Assembly: GCA_046757525.1 (NCBI GenBank)
Contig: JBHHYI010000130.1
Span: forward strand, 1-11,696
DNA length: 11,696 nt
Direction of reading: 5' to 3'
Source: a bacterium
GTDB lineage: Bacteria > Zhuqueibacterota > Zhuqueibacteria > Oceanimicrobiales > Oceanimicrobiaceae
The notes beneath the pieces were generated by a model. That model did not search any database. It saw only the letters and a program-made list of their open reading frames with translations, and had not been told where the DNA came from. The translations under genes were made by a program, and so were the position numbers. Shown here piece after piece: positions 7,997 to 11,696 of this stretch; the stretch's first letter is position 1, and every line of letters starts with the position of its first letter.

Positions 7997-8803
7997 ATGA
8001 AGATTGGGCTTGAGTTGTTTCACGTGGGATTCATCAAGATTACCGTCTTCGACATTCTGGACATTCTGGTCATCTCTTACATATTGTACAAGTTGTATTA
8101 TTTCATCCGAGGTTCACGGTCGGCGCAGATGTTTGTGGGCCTGGCCCTCATTTTGATTGTCTCCCTGTTTGCTCGATTGTTCAACATGAGCGGCATGACC
8201 TGGATTTTCGATAGCCTGCGCACGGTGTGGCTGATTGCCTTTGTGATCATCTTTCAGCCGGAGTTGCGGCGCATGTTGATCTATTTAGGCCAGAGCAGAA
8301 TTATCCGCTATTTTGTCAAGGTGTCCAGCGGTCGGGCGTTCGAGGAAATCGTCAAATCGACTGTTGAACTGACCAAACGCCGGTACGGGGGATTAATTGT
8401 CTTGTTGCGCGACACGGGTCTGAAATCTATTACAGAAACGGGTGTCAGTCTACAGGCTGAGGTGTCAGCGCCGTTGATCTTGTCTGTGTTTAATCCGCGG
8501 TCGCCTCTGCACGATGGCGCCCTCATCATCCAAAACGACATCATTGTGGCTGCCAGGTGCATTTTGCCTCTCAGCGAAAATCCCAAAATTGAACCGTCTC
8601 TCGGCACGCGACATCGAGCTGCCATAGGACTGTCGGAGGAATCGGACGCGGTCATCATCGTTGTCTCTGAGGAAAGAGGTACAATTTCGGTTGCAATCAA
8701 GGGAGAGCTTCATCAAAATCTGAATGTCAAGACTTTGAGAAATATGATTCATGAAGCTTTCAAATTCTCAACTTCACACACCGAACAGGGAGAATTGAAT
8801 TGA
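7997..8803 (+). CDS. cdaA: Membrane-bound diadenylate cyclase (c-di-AMP synthase) CdaA/DacA
   Basis: Three N-terminal TM helices (DILDILVI..., IIFQPELRRML) and a DAC domain with catalytic motifs PLHDGA and LGTRHRAA, plus VSEERG.IS. Confidence 0.95.
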   Translation: MKIGLELFHVGFIKITVFDILDILVISYILYKLYYFIRGSRSAQMFVGLALILIVSLFARLFNMSGMTWIFDSLRTVWLIAFVIIFQPELRRMLIYLGQSRIIRYFVKVSSGRAFEEIVKSTVELTKRRYGGLIVLLRDTGLKSITETGVSLQAEVSAPLILSVFNPRSPLHDGALIIQNDIIVAARCILPLSENPKIEPSLGTRHRAAIGLSEESDAVIIVVSEERGTISVAIKGELHQNLNVKTLRNMIHEAFKFSTSHTEQGELN

Positions 8804-9759
8804 GTATTTCGTTCAGATCTGTTGGCAACGAGTCAGAATTAGAGCAGGTTATGGGTTTAATGCAACAAGCTAATCCTGACTCAGACCCGCAAAGAATGGC
8901 GGCGAGAATAACCAAAGCGCCGAATTATGATTTGTGGCAAACCAGAGTGGCCGCCGAGAATGGCAAAATCATCGCGGCACTGCAAATCTTTGACAGGCAA
9001 ATGTGGCTCAATGGGGAAAAAATCAAGTTGGCTGGTTTGGGTAACCTTTCGGTGCATCCTGAATTCAAGAACCGTTTTAACGCTACTGAACTCATCAAGG
9101 ACACGCTGGGATTGCTCAAGGAATTTGAATATCCTTTGAGCGTGGTTCTTACGCGGGACAACACGCATTATGAAAAATTTGGCTATTTCGTGATGCCGGC
9201 CCTCGAGTATTCCTTTGACAAGATTTCTGGCTATGATACCACTGGAGTCAGGCCTTTTGACCGTGCAAAAGATTTAGCAGAGGTAGCGAAGATTTATGAG
9301 GCGTTCAATAGCCAACGCAACGGGCCTTTTTGTCGCAGTGACCAGGACTGGGAAAACCAATTGCAATGGGGCAACGACGATGCCAGCGCTTTTTGGGTGC
9401 TTGAAAATGAAGGCCAACTCAATGCTTATGTGCGGGGACGAGTCAAGCAAGGGGTTGTGGAAGTTTTAGAATTTGGCGGCTGGAAAAGCTACGCTTCTTT
9501 TTTCCGGAGGCTGTTGGTCGTCATGTTTGAAGAGCTTGATTTTCACACAGCAAAAATTAGCTTGCGCAGAGAGGAACCATTTTTTAATGCTGCCTACATC
9601 CCGGCCCGCCAGGCCCAGGACACTCGCATGATGTGGGCTGTCCTGGATGAAAGAAAACTGCAAGAGAACCTGGACATGAACAGTGCGGAGGAGGTGCAAC
9701 ACTACTTGAAGCAACTTAGAGATTTTCAAATCACTTTCTGGTACACTGATGCGTTTTAG
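8800..9759 (+). CDS. Eis-like tandem GNAT-fold protein (putative N-acetyltransferase)
   Basis: First GNAT domain (GLGNLSVHPEF..., HYEKFGY), second GNAT-like domain (VRPF...DL..V..IY..F...GPFCRSDQDW...AYV), C-terminal WYTDAF. TTG start overlaps the cdaA stop (TTGA at 8800-8803), with AGGGAG upstream. Confidence 0.8.
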   Translation: MSISFRSVGNESELEQVMGLMQQANPDSDPQRMAARITKAPNYDLWQTRVAAENGKIIAALQIFDRQMWLNGEKIKLAGLGNLSVHPEFKNRFNATELIKDTLGLLKEFEYPLSVVLTRDNTHYEKFGYFVMPALEYSFDKISGYDTTGVRPFDRAKDLAEVAKIYEAFNSQRNGPFCRSDQDWENQLQWGNDDASAFWVLENEGQLNAYVRGRVKQGVVEVLEFGGWKSYASFFRRLLVVMFEELDFHTAKISLRREEPFFNAAYIPARQAQDTRMMWAVLDERKLQENLDMNSAEEVQHYLKQLRDFQITFWYTDAF

Positions 9760-9850
9760 CCTGAGAAAAACCTTGGTCTGGTTTGTCCAAAGGGCTTTCT
9801 GGCTCGTGTTGGTGTGAAACGTTCAATGAAGCTGTTGTTCAACTAAAATC

Positions 9851-9856
9851 AGGAGG
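9851..9856 (+). promoter_or_regulatory. Shine-Dalgarno site of the M49 peptidase gene
   Basis: AGGAGG 8 nt upstream of the ATG at 9865. Confidence 0.85.
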
Positions 9857-9864
9857 GTTTACCA

Positions 9865-11696
9865 ATGAAAAAAACACTTGTCTGGCTGTTGCTCGGTCTG
9901 TTTCTATTCAGTTGTTCCGGGAAAAAGGAAACGCGTATGGTGGGAGAACTGGAACGCCTGGGTCCCGGGGGGCGCGATTATTTGGTCTTAGGCGTCGATG
10001 CTCCGGGATTTGACAAGCTGACTCTGGATCAGAAAAAACTGGCTTACACCCTGTACCGGGCTGCCATTGCGGGCAACGACCTGATGTACTTGCAGAATCA
10101 CCGCTCCGCTTTGGAAATCAAAAATATGCTGGAAACGATTTATTTGCATTCCAAAGGGTTAGACGAAGTTGCCAAGAGTGCTCTCCTGGATTATTTGAAA
10201 TATTTCTGGATAAACCACGGTCAATACCAGCACTACACGCATGAAAAATTCGTGCCCAACTCGCTGACGCCTGAAACTCTGGCTAAAGCGGCTGAGGTTG
10301 CTCAGAAAAACGGGGCGCAGTTTGCCCTGAAGGAGGGGGAAACTCTCAAAGACAAGCTCAACCGGTTGCAGCCTTTCATTTTTGACAAGGACTTTGAGCC
10401 GATCCTGGTCAACCAGCAAGAAGGCGTTGACATTATTGCACAAAGCGCGGTCAATCTGTTCGATCCCGACATCACGGAAAAAGAACTCGACCAGGTAAGC
10501 GATTTCTGGAAACACAAGTTGAATGTTCGCTTTGCAAAAATCGGTGACAAAATCGAGCCTCAGGAATATAAGATTGATGGGCTTTACAGCGATTACTTGA
10601 GTACCATGATTTTTTGGTTGCAAAAAGCCGTGCCTTTGGCTGAAAGTGAAGAACAGGCTAAAGGTCTGCAAGCCCTCATCGATTATTACAAAACCGGGGA
10701 CGAGGCTCTGTTTCGCGAGTACAGCATTCACTGGTTAAAATCCAATACGACCATCGACTATTTGAACGGCTTTATCGAGTCGTACATGGACCCGCGTGGG
10801 GTCATCGGGCAATTCGAGGGCAATGTGAGTTTTGTCGCCGACTCCAAACTCATCGACAAATTGGCCGAGAACGCACTATATTTTGAGGAAAGGATGCCGT
10901 GGCCGGACAAGTACAAGAGAAGCCACATCGAAAAACCGGTAGCCAACGTGGTCAACGTGATTGTGGAGACCGGGGATTCAGGTCCCGTTTCTCCGGCTGC
11001 CTACAATCTGCCCAACTACGCAGACCTGCGCCGCGATTACGGTAGCAAAAACATTATTCTGTACAACATCGAAAATGCACGGTCGGAGAAGATTCGCAAC
11101 ACGGTGGTCAAAGAGTTTTATTTGCCCGAGTATCGCAAGCTGTACAAAAAGTACCAGCCCATTGCCCGGCGGTGGCTGGTCTACATGCACGAAGTCATCG
11201 GGCACGGTTCCGGACAGCCGGAAGCCAATCTCAAGGCTGATCCCAGTGCGTTGATCGGCCGGGGGTATTCGGCGCTTGAAGAATGTCGTGCCGATGTAGT
11301 GGGTCTCTACCAGATTTTTGACGACAAGCTGGTAGAGATTGGCGCTTTCAGCAAAGAGGAGCAAGAGGAGGTGATCCTGGCCATGTACCTCACCTACTTG
11401 CAGGGCAACCTCACCAGTTATCGCCGGTTGGCCAGCGATGTGGTGCGGGAAGCCCACGCCCGCGGCCACCAGTTGGTGATGTCCTTTCTATTGGAGGGCG
11501 GCGAATCGGGTGACCAGGACTACGGCGTGGAAATGGTTGAAAAAGACGGCGATTATTTCATCAAGGTCAACGATGTCAACAAGGCGCGCACGGGCATCGC
11601 TGCCATTCTCAACAAGCTGCAAACCCTGAAAGCCACCGGCGATTCCCAAGGCACCACGGAGTTTTTCGGCCGTTTCGGCAGCCGGGTCAATCCCAC
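9865..11696 (+). CDS. Dipeptidyl-peptidase III (peptidase family M49), predicted lipoprotein; 3' end outside the window
   Basis: My translation is open from ATG 9865 to the window end. It begins MKKTLVWLLLGLFLFSC (lipobox Cys17 at 9913-9915) and contains GFDKLTLDQKKLAY.L..AA.AG, NGFIESYMDPRG..GQFEG, YNLPNY...R..YGSKN, the zinc motif HEVIGH (11188-11205) and EECRAD (11278-11295). Confidence 0.93.
   Translation, partial: MKKTLVWLLLGLFLFSCSGKKETRMVGELERLGPGGRDYLVLGVDAPGFDKLTLDQKKLAYTLYRAAIAGNDLMYLQNHRSALEIKNMLETIYLHSKGLDEVAKSALLDYLKYFWINHGQYQHYTHEKFVPNSLTPETLAKAAEVAQKNGAQFALKEGETLKDKLNRLQPFIFDKDFEPILVNQQEGVDIIAQSAVNLFDPDITEKELDQVSDFWKHKLNVRFAKIGDKIEPQEYKIDGLYSDYLSTMIFWLQKAVPLAESEEQAKGLQALIDYYKTGDEALFREYSIHWLKSNTTIDYLNGFIESYMDPRGVIGQFEGNVSFVADSKLIDKLAENALYFEERMPWPDKYKRSHIEKPVANVVNVIVETGDSGPVSPAAYNLPNYADLRRDYGSKNIILYNIENARSEKIRNTVVKEFYLPEYRKLYKKYQPIARRWLVYMHEVIGHGSGQPEANLKADPSALIGRGYSALEECRADVVGLYQIFDDKLVEIGAFSKEEQEEVILAMYLTYLQGNLTSYRRLASDVVREAHARGHQLVMSFLLEGGESGDQDYGVEMVEKDGDYFIKVNDVNKARTGIAAILNKLQTLKATGDSQGTTEFFGRFGSRVNP

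Noticed and set aside
9815..9849. TGAAACGTTCA LacI-like palindrome and a TTCAAT/TAAAAT promoter candidate upstream of the peptidase
   Set aside because: Imperfect match, 16-nt spacer, and the implied start site would cut into the SD; too weak to call. No c-di-AMP (ydaO) riboswitch-like structure was recognised in any spacer.
9783..10013. 76-aa ORF in the track
   Set aside because: Overlaps the SD and start of the M49 peptidase gene in another frame; no supporting features.

Overview
Bacterial chromosomal housekeeping region with nine co-oriented + strand genes: M20D amidohydrolase, tilS, hpt, ftsH, a membrane-anchored TPR protein, folP, cdaA (diadenylate cyclase), an Eis-like tandem-GNAT protein, and a lipoprotein dipeptidyl-peptidase III (M49). 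The last gene runs off the window end and is absent from the ORF track. No mobile element, CRISPR array, rRNA or tRNA was seen. The tilS-hpt-ftsH-folP-cdaA backbone is a known conserved neighbourhood. Three departures stand out. First, a TPR gene sits between ftsH and folP. Second, cdaA is followed not by cdaR/glmM but by an overlapping Eis-like GNAT with a degenerate acetyl-CoA motif. Third, a well-formed sigma70-type promoter places the tilS transcription start on or beside its ATG, suggesting a leaderless mRNA. All family calls come from motif recognition by eye; no searches were run, and functional links between neighbours are hypotheses.
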